UHGV virus genome: UHGV-1369056
Length of the DNA: 39,253 nucleotides
Reading direction: 5' to 3' (one strand)
Source: a virus
Shown piece by piece: positions 17,991 through 26,891 of this stretch. The stretch's first letter is position 1. Each line of letters starts with the position of its first letter. Position numbers and translations under genes: made by a program. The notes below the pieces were generated by a model that was given only the letters and a program-made list of their open reading frames with translations, made no database searches and was not told the DNA's origin.

Positions 17991-18231
17991 ATCAATCAGT
18001 AAGGCTTTCAAGAAAGTAGTAAAAGGTGCGTTAGGGACCGTTGGTCTTGGCTCTGATGACGCGCCTAAGGTTGTTGAGGCTCAGACCCCAGCAGCACCAG
18101 TGGAAGTACCGAACGACAAAGTGGAGGATGTGGATACTGACACAGCCGCATCTGACGAGAAGAAAGTGAAGCGTTCCGGTAAGCGTAGCCTTCAGGTCTC
18201 TCGTACCTCTGGTGGCGGTATTTCTATTTAA
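17983..18231 (+). CDS. 7.3: gp7.3-like tail/adsorption protein
   Basis: Lys-rich N-terminus MGKSISKAFKKVVKGA and C-terminus SLQVSRTSGGGISI resemble T7 gp7.3 (...SLSVARSSGGGINI). Confidence 0.8.
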   Translation: MGKSISKAFKKVVKGALGTVGLGSDDAPKVVEAQTPAAPVEVPNDKVEDVDTDTAASDEKKVKRSGKRSLQVSRTSGGGISI

Positions 18232-18242
18232 GGAGGTGACGA

Positions 18243-19811
18243 ATGGCTGAACGTGAAGGGTTCGCTGCTGAAGGAGCCAAAGCGGTCTATGACCGACTGA
18301 AGAACGGTAGACAGCCATATGAGACACGCGCTCAGAACTGTGCTGCTGTCACTATCCCGTCACTGTTTCCTAAGGAGTCCGACAACTCGTCTACTGAGTA
18401 CACAACTCCGTGGCAAGCTGTAGGTGCTCGCTGTTTGAACAACTTGGCTGCAAAGCTGATGTTGGCGTTATTCCCTCAGTCACCGTGGATGCGACTGACA
18501 GTCTCCGAATATGAGGCCAAGACCTTGAGTCAGGACTCAGAGGCTGCTGCGCGTGTTGACGAAGGGCTTGCTATGGTCGAGCGTGTGTTGATGGCCTACA
18601 TGGAGACTAACAGTTTCCGTGTGCCATTGTTCGAAGCTCTGAAGCAGCTTATCGTCTCCGGTAACTGTCTGCTCTACATTCCAGAGCCTGAACAGGGTAC
18701 TTACAGTCCTATGCGAATGTACCGCTTAGTGTCCTACGTTGTTCAACGTGATGCTTTCGGTAATATCTTGCAGATTGTGACTCTCGACAAGGTAGCGTTT
18801 AGTGCTCTACCGGAAGACGTTAAGTCCCAACTCAACGCAGACGACTATGAGCCTGACACCGAGCTGGAAGTGTATACGCACATCTACCGTCAGGACGACG
18901 AGTATCTGCGCTACGAGGAAGTGGAAGGCATTGAGGTAGCAGGGACCGATGGTTCTTACCCACTGACTGCCTGTCCGTACATCCCGGTTCGAATGGTTCG
19001 ACTGGACGGTGAAGACTATGGTCGTTCTTATTGCGAGGAGTATCTTGGGGACCTGAACTCGCTGGAGACGATTACAGAAGCTATCACCAAAATGGCTAAG
19101 GTAGCCTCCAAGGTGGTGGGCCTCGTTAACCCGAACGGTATCACGCAACCTCGTCGTCTGAACAAGGCGGCTACAGGTGAGTTCGTGGCCGGTCGCGTTG
19201 AGGACATCAACTTCCTGCAACTGACGAAAGGTCAGGACTTTACGATTGCCAAGTCGGTAGCTGACGCTATCGAGCAACGTTTAGGCTGGGCCTTCCTTCT
19301 TAATAGTGCTGTTCAGCGTAATGCTGAGCGAGTGACTGCTGAAGAGATTCGTTATGTTGCTGGAGAACTGGAGGCGACCTTAGGTGGCGTGTACTCAGTA
19401 CAATCCCAAGAGCTTCAGTTACCTATCGTCCGTGTGCTGATGAACCAGCTTCAGTCTGCTGGCATGATTCCTGACCTTCCGAAAGAAGCGGTAGAGCCTA
19501 CGGTATCCACAGGTCTTGAAGCGTTAGGTCGTGGTCAGGACTTGGAGAAGCTGACTCAGGCAGTCAACATGATGACTGGTCTTCAGCAGCTCTCTCAGGA
19601 CCCAGACATCAACTTGCCGACCCTTAAGCTGCGACTTCTGAACGCTCTGGGTATCGACACCGCTGGTCTTCTGCTGACTCAGGACGAGAAGATGCAACGT
19701 ATTGCTGAACAATCCGCTCAAGGAGCTGTGGTCAACGGTGCGTCTGCTGCTGGTGCCAACATGGGTGCTGCTGTAGGTCAGGGAGCTGGTGAGGACATGG
19801 CTCAAGCCTAA
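18243..19811 (+). CDS. 8: Head-to-tail connector (portal) protein, gp8 homologue
   Basis: 522 aa in the gene 8 position, the size of T7 portal (536 aa); SD aaggaggtga. Confidence 0.9.
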   Translation: MAEREGFAAEGAKAVYDRLKNGRQPYETRAQNCAAVTIPSLFPKESDNSSTEYTTPWQAVGARCLNNLAAKLMLALFPQSPWMRLTVSEYEAKTLSQDSEAAARVDEGLAMVERVLMAYMETNSFRVPLFEALKQLIVSGNCLLYIPEPEQGTYSPMRMYRLVSYVVQRDAFGNILQIVTLDKVAFSALPEDVKSQLNADDYEPDTELEVYTHIYRQDDEYLRYEEVEGIEVAGTDGSYPLTACPYIPVRMVRLDGEDYGRSYCEEYLGDLNSLETITEAITKMAKVASKVVGLVNPNGITQPRRLNKAATGEFVAGRVEDINFLQLTKGQDFTIAKSVADAIEQRLGWAFLLNSAVQRNAERVTAEEIRYVAGELEATLGGVYSVQSQELQLPIVRVLMNQLQSAGMIPDLPKEAVEPTVSTGLEALGRGQDLEKLTQAVNMMTGLQQLSQDPDINLPTLKLRLLNALGIDTAGLLLTQDEKMQRIAEQSAQGAVVNGASAAGANMGAAVGQGAGEDMAQA

Positions 19812-19829
19812 ACTATCACTATAGGAACA
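19807..19829 (+). promoter_or_regulatory. Phage RNAP promoter, CCTAAACTATCACTATAGGAACA
   Basis: Consensus match; upstream of the scaffold gene (as T7 phi9). Confidence 0.8.
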
Positions 19830-19926
19830 CCGAAAGTAAGAGTGACTAAGCCGACCATATGGTAGCCGTTAGTCCCACACTACAAGTAGGTGTTTACCTA
19901 TTAACGACTTAAAGGAGAATGACTCA

Positions 19927-20811
19927 ATGTCTCAATCAGTTTATGCCGAGTTCGGCGTTAGCTCTAATGCAATCACTGGTTCCGTTGAGGACCTGAACGA
20001 ACACCAGAAGTCTATGCTTGAACAGGACGTAGCTGTTCGTGATGGCGACGACGCTATTACCTTCAAGCAACTGGAAGCCGAAAACGAAGAGGCGACCGAA
20101 GAAGACGAGAACGTCGAAGAGACTGAAGGTGAAGAAGACCACGAGTCCGATGACGAAGAGTCTGAGACCGATGGTGAGCAGCCTGAGTTCATCGAACTGG
20201 GTGATGCACCAAAAGAGCTGACCGAAAGTGTCACCGCTCTGGATGAAAACGAAGCTGCATTCGACGACATGGTGTCTTCTGCTGTAGAAGCTGGCAAGGT
20301 CACTGCTGATGAAATTACCGCTATCAAGGCTGAATACGCCAAGGACGGTAAGCTGTCTGATGCATCCTACGCTAAGTTGCAGGAAGCAGGTTACACCAAG
20401 CGTTTCGTAGATTCGTTTGTCCGTGGTCAGGAAGCTCTGGCTGAACAGTATGCTGCTGGTGTGGTTCGCTACGCTGGTGGTGCTGAACAGTTTAATCGCA
20501 TCCTGTCACACCTTGAGTCCAACGACCCATCAACTCGTGAAGCACTGGAAGCTGCTATCGTTCGTAAGGACATTGCGACTACCAAGGCTCTGCTGAATCT
20601 GGCTTGCAAGACTCTGGGTAAAGCTGTGGGTGTTAAACCTCAGCGTACCATCACCACTCAGGCTAAACCTGTGGTCGCACCTAAGGCTCCTCAGACCGAA
20701 GCATTCAGCTCCAAGTCTGACATGATTAAGGCTATGAGTGACCCGCGATACCTGCGTGACGCTAAGTACACGATGGAAGTTCGCGCTAAGGTAGCTGCCT
20801 CAAGCCTGTAG
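19927..20811 (+). CDS. 9: Capsid assembly (scaffolding) protein, gp9 homologue
   Basis: 294 aa, highly acidic N-terminal half (E/D-rich), position between portal and capsid genes. Confidence 0.85.
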   Translation: MSQSVYAEFGVSSNAITGSVEDLNEHQKSMLEQDVAVRDGDDAITFKQLEAENEEATEEDENVEETEGEEDHESDDEESETDGEQPEFIELGDAPKELTESVTALDENEAAFDDMVSSAVEAGKVTADEITAIKAEYAKDGKLSDASYAKLQEAGYTKRFVDSFVRGQEALAEQYAAGVVRYAGGAEQFNRILSHLESNDPSTREALEAAIVRKDIATTKALLNLACKTLGKAVGVKPQRTITTQAKPVVAPKAPQTEAFSSKSDMIKAMSDPRYLRDAKYTMEVRAKVAASSL

Positions 20812-20812
20812 G

Positions 20813-20835
20813 ACTAAACTATCACTATAGGGAGA
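20813..20835 (+). promoter_or_regulatory. Phage RNAP promoter with GGGAGA initiation region, ACTAAACTATCACTATAGGGAGA
   Basis: Best consensus copy; +1 to +6 GGGAGA as in the strongest T7 promoters; upstream of the major capsid gene (as T7 phi10). Confidence 0.9.
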
Positions 20836-20937
20836 CCAAGAGATAGACTCAAGGTTCCCCTATTACTTCAGTCCATACGGATTGGGCATACAGTAAGTAA
20901 TAAACTTTATCTTTCAATTGAATAGGAGAATTATCAT

Positions 20938-21981
20938 ATGGCAAACGTTCCGGGTCAGAAAATTGGTACAGACCAAGGTAAAGGCAAATCCAGTTCCGAC
21001 GCTCTGGCGTTGTTCCTGAAGGTATTTGCTGGTGAAGTCCTGACCGCATTCACTCGCCGCTCTGTAACTGCTGACAAGCATATTGTCCGTACCATTCAGA
21101 ACGGTAAGTCTGCTCAGTTCCCGGTCATGGGTCGCACCTCTGGTGTGTATCTGGCTCCGGGTGAGCGACTGTCCGATAAGCGTAAAGGTATCAAACATAC
21201 TGAGAAGGTGATTACCATTGATGGTCTGCTGACTGCCGATGTGATGATTTTCGACATTGAAGACGCGATGAACCACTACGACGTGGCTGGTGAGTATTCC
21301 AACCAGTTGGGTGAAGCTTTGGCTATCGCTGCTGATGGTGCGGTTCTGGCTGAAATGGCTACCCTGTGTAACCTCCCAGCTGCATCCAACGAGAACATCG
21401 CTGGTCTTGGAACTGCTTCCGTACTGCAAGTTGGTAAGAAAGCTGACCTCGACACCCCGGCTAAACTGGGCGAAGCAATCATCGGTCAACTGACCATTGC
21501 TCGTGCGAAGCTGACCTCCAACTACGTTCCTGCTGGCGACCGTTACTTCTACACCACACCGGACAACTACTCTGCAATCCTCGCGGCTCTGATGCCTAAC
21601 GCTGCTAACTATGCTGCGCTGATTGACCCAGAGACTGGTAACATCCGTAACGTGATGGGCTTCGTTGTTGTTGAAGTTCCGCATCTGGTACAGGGTGGTG
21701 CTGGTGAGACCCGTGGTGCCGATGGTATCACTATCGCTTCCGGTCAGAAACACGCATTCCCAGCGACTACTGCTGGCGACGTTAAAGTTGCTATTGACAA
21801 CGTTGTGGGCCTGTTCTCTCACCGTTCTGCTGTGGGTACTGTGAAACTGCGTGACTTGGCGCTGGAACGTGACCGTGATGTCGATGCTCAGGGTGACCTG
21901 ATTGTTGGTAAGTACGCTATGGGTCACGGTGGTCTGCGTCCTGAAGCGGCGGGCGCACTGGTTTTCAGCCCAGCGATGTAA
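20938..21981 (+). CDS. 10A: Major capsid protein 10A
   Basis: 347 aa; ALFLKVF.GEVLTAF, GKSAQFPV.GRT, HTEKVITIDGLLTADV, DIEDAMNHYDV, AAILAALMPNAANYAALIDPE, NVMGF.VVEVPHL, HRSAVGTVKLRDLALER, KYAMGHGGLRPEAAG are near-identical to T7 gp10A. Confidence 0.98.
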   Translation: MANVPGQKIGTDQGKGKSSSDALALFLKVFAGEVLTAFTRRSVTADKHIVRTIQNGKSAQFPVMGRTSGVYLAPGERLSDKRKGIKHTEKVITIDGLLTADVMIFDIEDAMNHYDVAGEYSNQLGEALAIAADGAVLAEMATLCNLPAASNENIAGLGTASVLQVGKKADLDTPAKLGEAIIGQLTIARAKLTSNYVPAGDRYFYTTPDNYSAILAALMPNAANYAALIDPETGNIRNVMGFVVVEVPHLVQGGAGETRGADGITIASGQKHAFPATTAGDVKVAIDNVVGLFSHRSAVGTVKLRDLALERDRDVDAQGDLIVGKYAMGHGGLRPEAAGALVFSPAM

Positions 21982-22112
21982 GCGCCTTTAGCCAACCTAA
22001 CGTCGCTACTGTAGCGGCTGTACCTGAAGAGGAGACTCTAACTCCTCAACAGAAAGCTGCGCGTACTCGTGCTGCGAACAGGGCCGCTAAACTGGCTGAG
22101 TCCAACAACTAA
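20938..22112 (+). CDS. 10B: Minor capsid protein 10B, produced by -1 ribosomal frameshift near 21960-21966 (G GTT TTC)
   Basis: Heptamer G GUU UUC lies in the 0 frame 15 nt before the 10A stop. The -1 frame is open to TAA 22110-22112 and encodes ...EETLTPQQKAARTRAANRAAKLAESNN, matching the T7 10B extension (EETLTP.Q.AARTRAAN). Confidence 0.65.
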
Positions 22113-22116
22113 TTGA

Positions 22117-22156
22117 AACCCCTTGGGTGCCTTCGGGTGCTTGAGGGGTTTTTTTT
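22117..22156 (+). terminator. T-phi-like late terminator
   Basis: aaCCCCTTGGGtgccttcgggtgcTTGAGGGGTTTTTTTT: GC-rich hairpin plus T-run, very similar to the T7 T-phi sequence (AACCCCTTGGGGCC...TCTTGAGGGGTTTTTTG) and in the same place after the capsid gene. Confidence 0.9.
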
Positions 22157-22166
22157 CGGAGGATTA

Positions 22167-22598
22167 ATGAAGGTATGTATAGGATGCCACACGGAGAAGG
22201 ACTTGGGGTCTTTCACGCCAAATGGCAGGACATGTAAGGGCACACAGAAATACAGAAGCAGATGCCGAGAGTGCGAGAACTCAAGGCAGGCTGCCATACG
22301 AGAGGAAGCTCCCAACAAATCACGATACTCAGCGGAAAGACTTAAAGGCTACCAACTTAAAAGCTCGTTCGGTATGACATATGACGAGTGGTTCTCCCTT
22401 ATGGAGTCTCGTGGTTGGGCCTGTGAGATTTGCTCGCGAACAGTAGAGACATCTGGTAGAACACTGGCTGTAGACCACAGTCACTCCACTGGTGAAATAC
22501 GAGGCGTGCTTTGTCAGAGGTGCAACTGTGCCATAGGACTCCTAAGTGAGAATCCAGAGCATATTGCAAACGCTATACGCTACCTTAAAGGAGATTAG
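22167..22598 (+). CDS. HNH endonuclease (endonuclease VII-like), probable homing endonuclease
   Basis: HNH motif AVDHSHSTGEIRGVLCQRCNCAIG plus N-terminal Cys cluster CIGCH...C...CREC. ATG 22167 with SD ggagga is preferred over 22113, which lies in the terminator. Codon usage atypical for this genome (aga, agg, ata). Confidence 0.8.
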   Translation: MKVCIGCHTEKDLGSFTPNGRTCKGTQKYRSRCRECENSRQAAIREEAPNKSRYSAERLKGYQLKSSFGMTYDEWFSLMESRGWACEICSRTVETSGRTLAVDHSHSTGEIRGVLCQRCNCAIGLLSENPEHIANAIRYLKGD

Positions 22599-22600
22599 TA

Positions 22601-23167
22601 ATGGCTCAATACATTCCACTGAATGCTAACGATGACTTAGACGCCATCAACGATATGTTAGCTGCTATCGGTGAACCAGCAGTCCTACAGCTTGACGAGG
22701 GGAACGCTGATGTCTCGAACGCTCAACGTATACTGCATCGTGTCAATCGTCAGGTCCAAGCTAAAGGCTGGAACTTTAACATCAACGAAGCTGCTGTCCT
22801 GACACCTGATGTCCAAGACAATAGGATTCGATTCCTTCCGTCATACCTTCGTGTAATGACTGCTGGGGCCACCAGCTACTACAGCAACATGGGTGGATAC
22901 CTGTACGACCTGTCCACTCAGTCAACCACTTTCACTGCCCCTATCACGGTAGAGCTTGTGGAGATGAAGCCATTCTCCGAGATGCCTGTGGTCTTCAGGG
23001 ACTACATCGTCACTAAAGCTAGCCGTGAGTTCAACGCTAAGTTCTTCGGTAGCCCAGAGTCAGAGCTATACCTTCGTGAGCAGGAAGCAGAACTCTATCA
23101 GCAGGTTATGGAGTACGAGATGGACACTGGTCGCTACAACATGATGTCAGACATCGGGAGGGACTAA
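22601..23167 (+). CDS. 11: Tail tubular protein A, gp11 homologue
   Basis: 188 aa; INDMLAAIGEP, RILH.VNRQVQAKGWNFNI, RDYIVTKASREFN.KFFG.PE and MEYEMD.G.YNM match T7 gp11. Confidence 0.93.
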   Translation: MAQYIPLNANDDLDAINDMLAAIGEPAVLQLDEGNADVSNAQRILHRVNRQVQAKGWNFNINEAAVLTPDVQDNRIRFLPSYLRVMTAGATSYYSNMGGYLYDLSTQSTTFTAPITVELVEMKPFSEMPVVFRDYIVTKASREFNAKFFGSPESELYLREQEAELYQQVMEYEMDTGRYNMMSDIGRD

Positions 23168-23394
23168 TGGCTAGTCACAACCTGAAGATTCACCGCCAGC
23201 ACTTTGGTCCGGTACAGCTAGGTCTAAAGACAGCAGAGCTGAGACTTAACGACCGGGACTTTAAGGTTGGCGATTGGCTTATCCTGAATGAATGGGACAA
23301 CGGGTATACTGGACAACAGGTAGCGCGTAAGGTTGTCCACATTGCTGACGTTGGTGACATCGCTGAAGGATACGTCCTAATGAGTATGATTTAA
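23167..23394 (+). CDS. DUF3850-like (ASCH/PUA-like fold) small protein
   Basis: 75 aa; LKIHRQHFGPVQLGLKTAELRLNDRDFKVGDWLILNEW fits my recollection of the DUF3850 pattern (H.LKI.P.YF..V..G.KT.E.R.NDRDF.VGD.L.L.E); start overlaps the gp11 stop (TAATG). Confidence 0.55.
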   Translation: MASHNLKIHRQHFGPVQLGLKTAELRLNDRDFKVGDWLILNEWDNGYTGQQVARKVVHIADVGDIAEGYVLMSMI

Positions 23395-23403
23395 GGAGGG
23401 CCT

Positions 23404-25761
23404 ATGCCACTAATTACTCAATCAATCAAGAACCTTAAAGGTGGCATTAGCCAGCAGCCTGATATACTGAGGTTCTCAGACCAAGGCGAGGCACAGGTTA
23501 ACTGCTGGTCATCCGAGAGTGATGGCCTCCAGAAGCGCCCACCTACAGTCTTCAAGAGACGTCTTAACATCGACGTTGGGAGTAACCCTAAGTTCCACCT
23601 GATTAACCGTGACGAGCATGAGCAGTATTACATCGTGTTCAATGGGTCCAACATTCAGGTAGTTGACTTGAGTGGCAATCAATACTCAGTGTCCGGTGCG
23701 GTAGATTACGTTAAGTCCTCCAACCCACGAGATGACATCCGTGTCGTTACCGTGGCAGACTATACGTTCGTCGTTAACCGTAAGGTTGTCGTCAAAGGTG
23801 GGAGCGAGAAGGCACACTCTGGTTATAATCGTAAAGCTCGTGCTTTAATTAACCTGCGTGGTGGACAGTATGGTCGCACCCTTAAGGTAGGAATAAATGG
23901 AGGCGTTAAGGTAGAGCATAAGTTGCCAGCAGGTAATGATGCCGAGAATGACCCTCCTAAGGTTGATGCTCAGGCTATCGGTGCGGCTCTGAGAGACCTT
24001 CTTGTTGCTGCTTACCCTACCTTCACGTTCGACCTTGGGTCTGGATTCCTGCTAATCACAGCTCCTTCAGGGACTGACATTAACTCAGTGGAGACGGAGG
24101 ATGGCTACGCTAACCAGCTAATAAGCCCAGTCCTAGACACTGTGCAGACAATCTCTAAACTACCTCTTGCAGCTCCTAATGGGTATATCATTAAGATTCA
24201 AGGTGAGACAAACAGTAGCGCCGATGAATACTACGTGATGTATGACTCCAACACTAAGACGTGGAAGGAGACAGTGGAGCCGGGAGTTGTCACTGGTTTC
24301 GATGCCACCACAATGCCACATGCTCTGGTCAGACAGCCTGATGGCTCCTTTGAGTTCAAGACTCTGGACTGGTCTAATCGTGGTGCTGGTAATGATGACA
24401 CAAACCCTATGCCTAGCTTCGTGGATGCTACAATTAACGATGTGTTCTTCTACAGGAATAGGCTGGGGTTCTTGTCAGGCGAGAACGTAATCATGAGCCG
24501 TTCAGCCAGCTACTTTGCGTTCTTCCCTAAGAGTGTGGCGACATTAGGTGATGATGATCCTATTGACGTAGCTGTAAGTCACCCTAGAATCTCAATCCTT
24601 AAGTATGCCGTTCCGTTTAGCGAGCAGCTACTACTTTGGTCAGATGAGGTGCAGTTCGTGATGACAAGCTCAGGGGTCCTTACCTCGAAGTCTATCCAGC
24701 TTGATGTAGGCTCAGAGTTTGCCTTAGGAGATAATGCCCGACCGTTCGCTGTAGGACGCTCAGTCTTCTTCTCAGCACCTCGTGGGTCATTCACCAGCAT
24801 TAAGCGATACTTCGCTGTAGCAGATGTGTCTGACGTGAAGGATGCCGATGATACCACTGGTCACGTACTGTCCTATATCCCTAACGGGGTGTTTGACATT
24901 CAGGGAACAGGGACTGAGAACTACATCTGCGTCAACTCTACAGGTTCATACAACCGAATCTACCTCTACAAGTTCTTGTTTAAGGACGGCATACAGCTTC
25001 AAGCCTCTTGGTCGCACTGGGAGTTCCCTAAAGCTGATAAGATTCTGGCGTCTGCGTCGATTGGCTCTACCATGTTCATTGTTCGTCAGCACCAAGGCGG
25101 CGTGGACCTTGAGCACCTTAAGTTCATCAAGGAGGCAACTGACTTTCCATTAGAGCCGTATAGACTCCACGTTGACTCCAAGGTGTCTATGGTAATACCA
25201 ATTGGCTCATACAACGTTGACACACATAAGACTACGGTTGACATTGGTGCTGCTTATGGTGGCAACGCTCCGTCTCCCGGTCGGTACTATCTGATTGACA
25301 GTCAGGGTGCTTATGTGGACCTTGGGGACTTGACTAGTATCTCTACTGTGGTTACCCTCAACGGCGATTGGTCAGGACGCACAGTGTTCATCGGACGGCC
25401 CTATCTGATGTCCTACAAGTTCTCACGGTTCCTGATTAAGATTGAAGATGATAGGGGCACTCAGTCGGAAGACACTGGTCGTCTACAGCTTCGTCGGGCT
25501 TGGGTCAACTACAAAGACACTGGCGCTCTGAGACTCATTGTCAGAAATGGTGAGCGGGAGTTCGTGAATACCTTCAACGGGTACACCCTTGGTCAGCAAA
25601 CCATCGGGACTACAAACATTGGTGACGGGCAGTATCGCTTCGCTATGAATGGTAACGCATTAACCACGAGTCTAACCTTAGAGTCCGACTATCCTACCCC
25701 AGTGTCAATCGTTGGGTGTGGCTGGGAGGCGTCATACGCTAAGAAAGCTCGTTCCGTCTAA
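23404..25761 (+). CDS. 12: Tail tubular protein B, gp12 homologue
   Basis: 785 aa in the gene 12 position, the size of T7 gp12 (794 aa); SD aaggaggg. Confidence 0.9.
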   Translation: MPLITQSIKNLKGGISQQPDILRFSDQGEAQVNCWSSESDGLQKRPPTVFKRRLNIDVGSNPKFHLINRDEHEQYYIVFNGSNIQVVDLSGNQYSVSGAVDYVKSSNPRDDIRVVTVADYTFVVNRKVVVKGGSEKAHSGYNRKARALINLRGGQYGRTLKVGINGGVKVEHKLPAGNDAENDPPKVDAQAIGAALRDLLVAAYPTFTFDLGSGFLLITAPSGTDINSVETEDGYANQLISPVLDTVQTISKLPLAAPNGYIIKIQGETNSSADEYYVMYDSNTKTWKETVEPGVVTGFDATTMPHALVRQPDGSFEFKTLDWSNRGAGNDDTNPMPSFVDATINDVFFYRNRLGFLSGENVIMSRSASYFAFFPKSVATLGDDDPIDVAVSHPRISILKYAVPFSEQLLLWSDEVQFVMTSSGVLTSKSIQLDVGSEFALGDNARPFAVGRSVFFSAPRGSFTSIKRYFAVADVSDVKDADDTTGHVLSYIPNGVFDIQGTGTENYICVNSTGSYNRIYLYKFLFKDGIQLQASWSHWEFPKADKILASASIGSTMFIVRQHQGGVDLEHLKFIKEATDFPLEPYRLHVDSKVSMVIPIGSYNVDTHKTTVDIGAAYGGNAPSPGRYYLIDSQGAYVDLGDLTSISTVVTLNGDWSGRTVFIGRPYLMSYKFSRFLIKIEDDRGTQSEDTGRLQLRRAWVNYKDTGALRLIVRNGEREFVNTFNGYTLGQQTIGTTNIGDGQYRFAMNGNALTTSLTLESDYPTPVSIVGCGWEASYAKKARSV

Positions 25762-25768
25762 CTTATTG

Positions 25769-25818
25769 AAGGGCCTATAGATTTACCTTAACTATCACTA
25801 TAGGGACTATAGGCCCTT
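25769..25818 (+). promoter_or_regulatory. 12-bp perfect inverted repeat (aagggcctatag / ctataggccctt) bracketing a phage promoter
   Basis: Arms at 25769-25780 and 25807-25818; the promoter core lies in the ~26-nt loop; only read-through transcripts from upstream would contain both arms. Confidence 0.5.
25786..25808 (+). promoter_or_regulatory. Phage RNAP promoter, CCTTAACTATCACTATAGGGACT
   Basis: Consensus match; upstream of gene 13 (as T7 phi13). Confidence 0.8.
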
Positions 25819-25837
25819 AAGGTTATAAGGAGACTTT

Positions 25838-26308
25838 ATGTATATTCGCAAGGCTACGGAACCAGATGTCCACTACTTTCTGTGGCATCTTTCAGCAGAT
25901 GATGTTAATGAGTGCAAAGCAAACTATGGGTCAACCGTGGGTCTCTCTGAGAGACTGCTTAAGCACCTATCCCCATCATCTGTGGTTTTAACGAACGGTG
26001 TAGGTGAAGTGTTTGCCTATGGTGGAAACCAAGGGGATAACGTATGGTTCTTGACTTCTGGTCTGGTCCACAAGCTGAGACCTAAAGAGAAGCGAGAGTT
26101 CATAAAGCGTATCTCTGAGTACAGGGACTTAATGTTAGACCAATACGGGACCATCTGGAACTACGTGTGGTCAGGCAATAAGTCTCACATTAAATTCTTG
26201 AAGTTGCTTGGGGCTAAGTTCCATGATGATTGGACTATCAGCCCGGTAACTGGTGAGCGTTTTCAATTATTCACTATCTCTAAGGAGGACGTATGTGTGA
26301 ACCCGTAA
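25838..26308 (+). CDS. 13: Internal virion protein A (gp13-like), by position
   Basis: 156-aa ORF between gp12 and gp14 with SD aaggagac; assignment positional only. Confidence 0.55.
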   Translation: MYIRKATEPDVHYFLWHLSADDVNECKANYGSTVGLSERLLKHLSPSSVVLTNGVGEVFAYGGNQGDNVWFLTSGLVHKLRPKEKREFIKRISEYRDLMLDQYGTIWNYVWSGNKSHIKFLKLLGAKFHDDWTISPVTGERFQLFTISKEDVCVNP

Positions 26309-26880
26309 GTATCGGCATGGGTATCATGGCTGTAGCCGGGGCCACTATGTCCGCATCCCAGCAGGCCAAGGCCGAAGGTGCAGCAATTGACGCTCAGAAC
26401 CGACAGGCTCAGGAAATGGTTAAGCAGATGAACTACTCTGACGCCAACCTGAAGATGCAGGAGCGAGACCTGAAGGAGCAGCAGATGGCTGAACTGACAG
26501 AGACCACGCTCAACGGTATCCGCAATCAGGGCATGGTCCGAGCTGCGGTGGCTGAGTCCGGACTGGAAGGTAACTCTATGGACAGGATTGAACGTCAGGT
26601 AGAAGGAGATACAGTCAAAGAGCGAGCAGGGATTACCGAAAGTTACAACCGCGATTATGCGGCTATCTTCGGGAACCGTATCGCCAACATTGAGAACACA
26701 AAGTCTGCTATCCGTGGTCAAGGTAGAATCATCAAGACCAGCCCACTGGCTCATGCACTTAATGTTGCCAGCGCCGGGATGCAGGGATACGCTGCTGGTA
26801 AGTCTATCGCCGGGACTTCAAGCTCTGGTGGTTCTGCACCTATTAGTGCTGCTAAAGGCACACCTACAGGTCATAGCTAA
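26293..26880 (+). CDS. 14: Internal virion protein B (gp14 homologue)
   Basis: 195 aa; the central region (NGIRNQGMVRAAVAESGLEGNSMDRIERQVEGD...ESYNRDYAAIF) resembles T7 gp14 as recalled; position. Confidence 0.8.
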   Translation: MCEPVSIGMGIMAVAGATMSASQQAKAEGAAIDAQNRQAQEMVKQMNYSDANLKMQERDLKEQQMAELTETTLNGIRNQGMVRAAVAESGLEGNSMDRIERQVEGDTVKERAGITESYNRDYAAIFGNRIANIENTKSAIRGQGRIIKTSPLAHALNVASAGMQGYAAGKSIAGTSSSGGSAPISAAKGTPTGHS

Positions 26881-26891
26881 GAGGAGGACTA

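Noticed and set aside
20914-21927. 337-aa ORF on the minus strand covering the major capsid gene
   Set aside because: It is antisense to a clearly identified, highly conserved capsid gene. T7-like genomes are transcribed left to right only, and long antisense ORFs are expected by chance opposite coding sequence.
22113-22166. Upstream ATG (22113) as the HNH endonuclease start
   Set aside because: Those codons are the T-phi terminator hairpin itself; ATG 22167 has a good SD.
26263-26754. Minus-strand ORF inside gene 14
   Set aside because: Antisense to a structural gene; considered a chance ORF.
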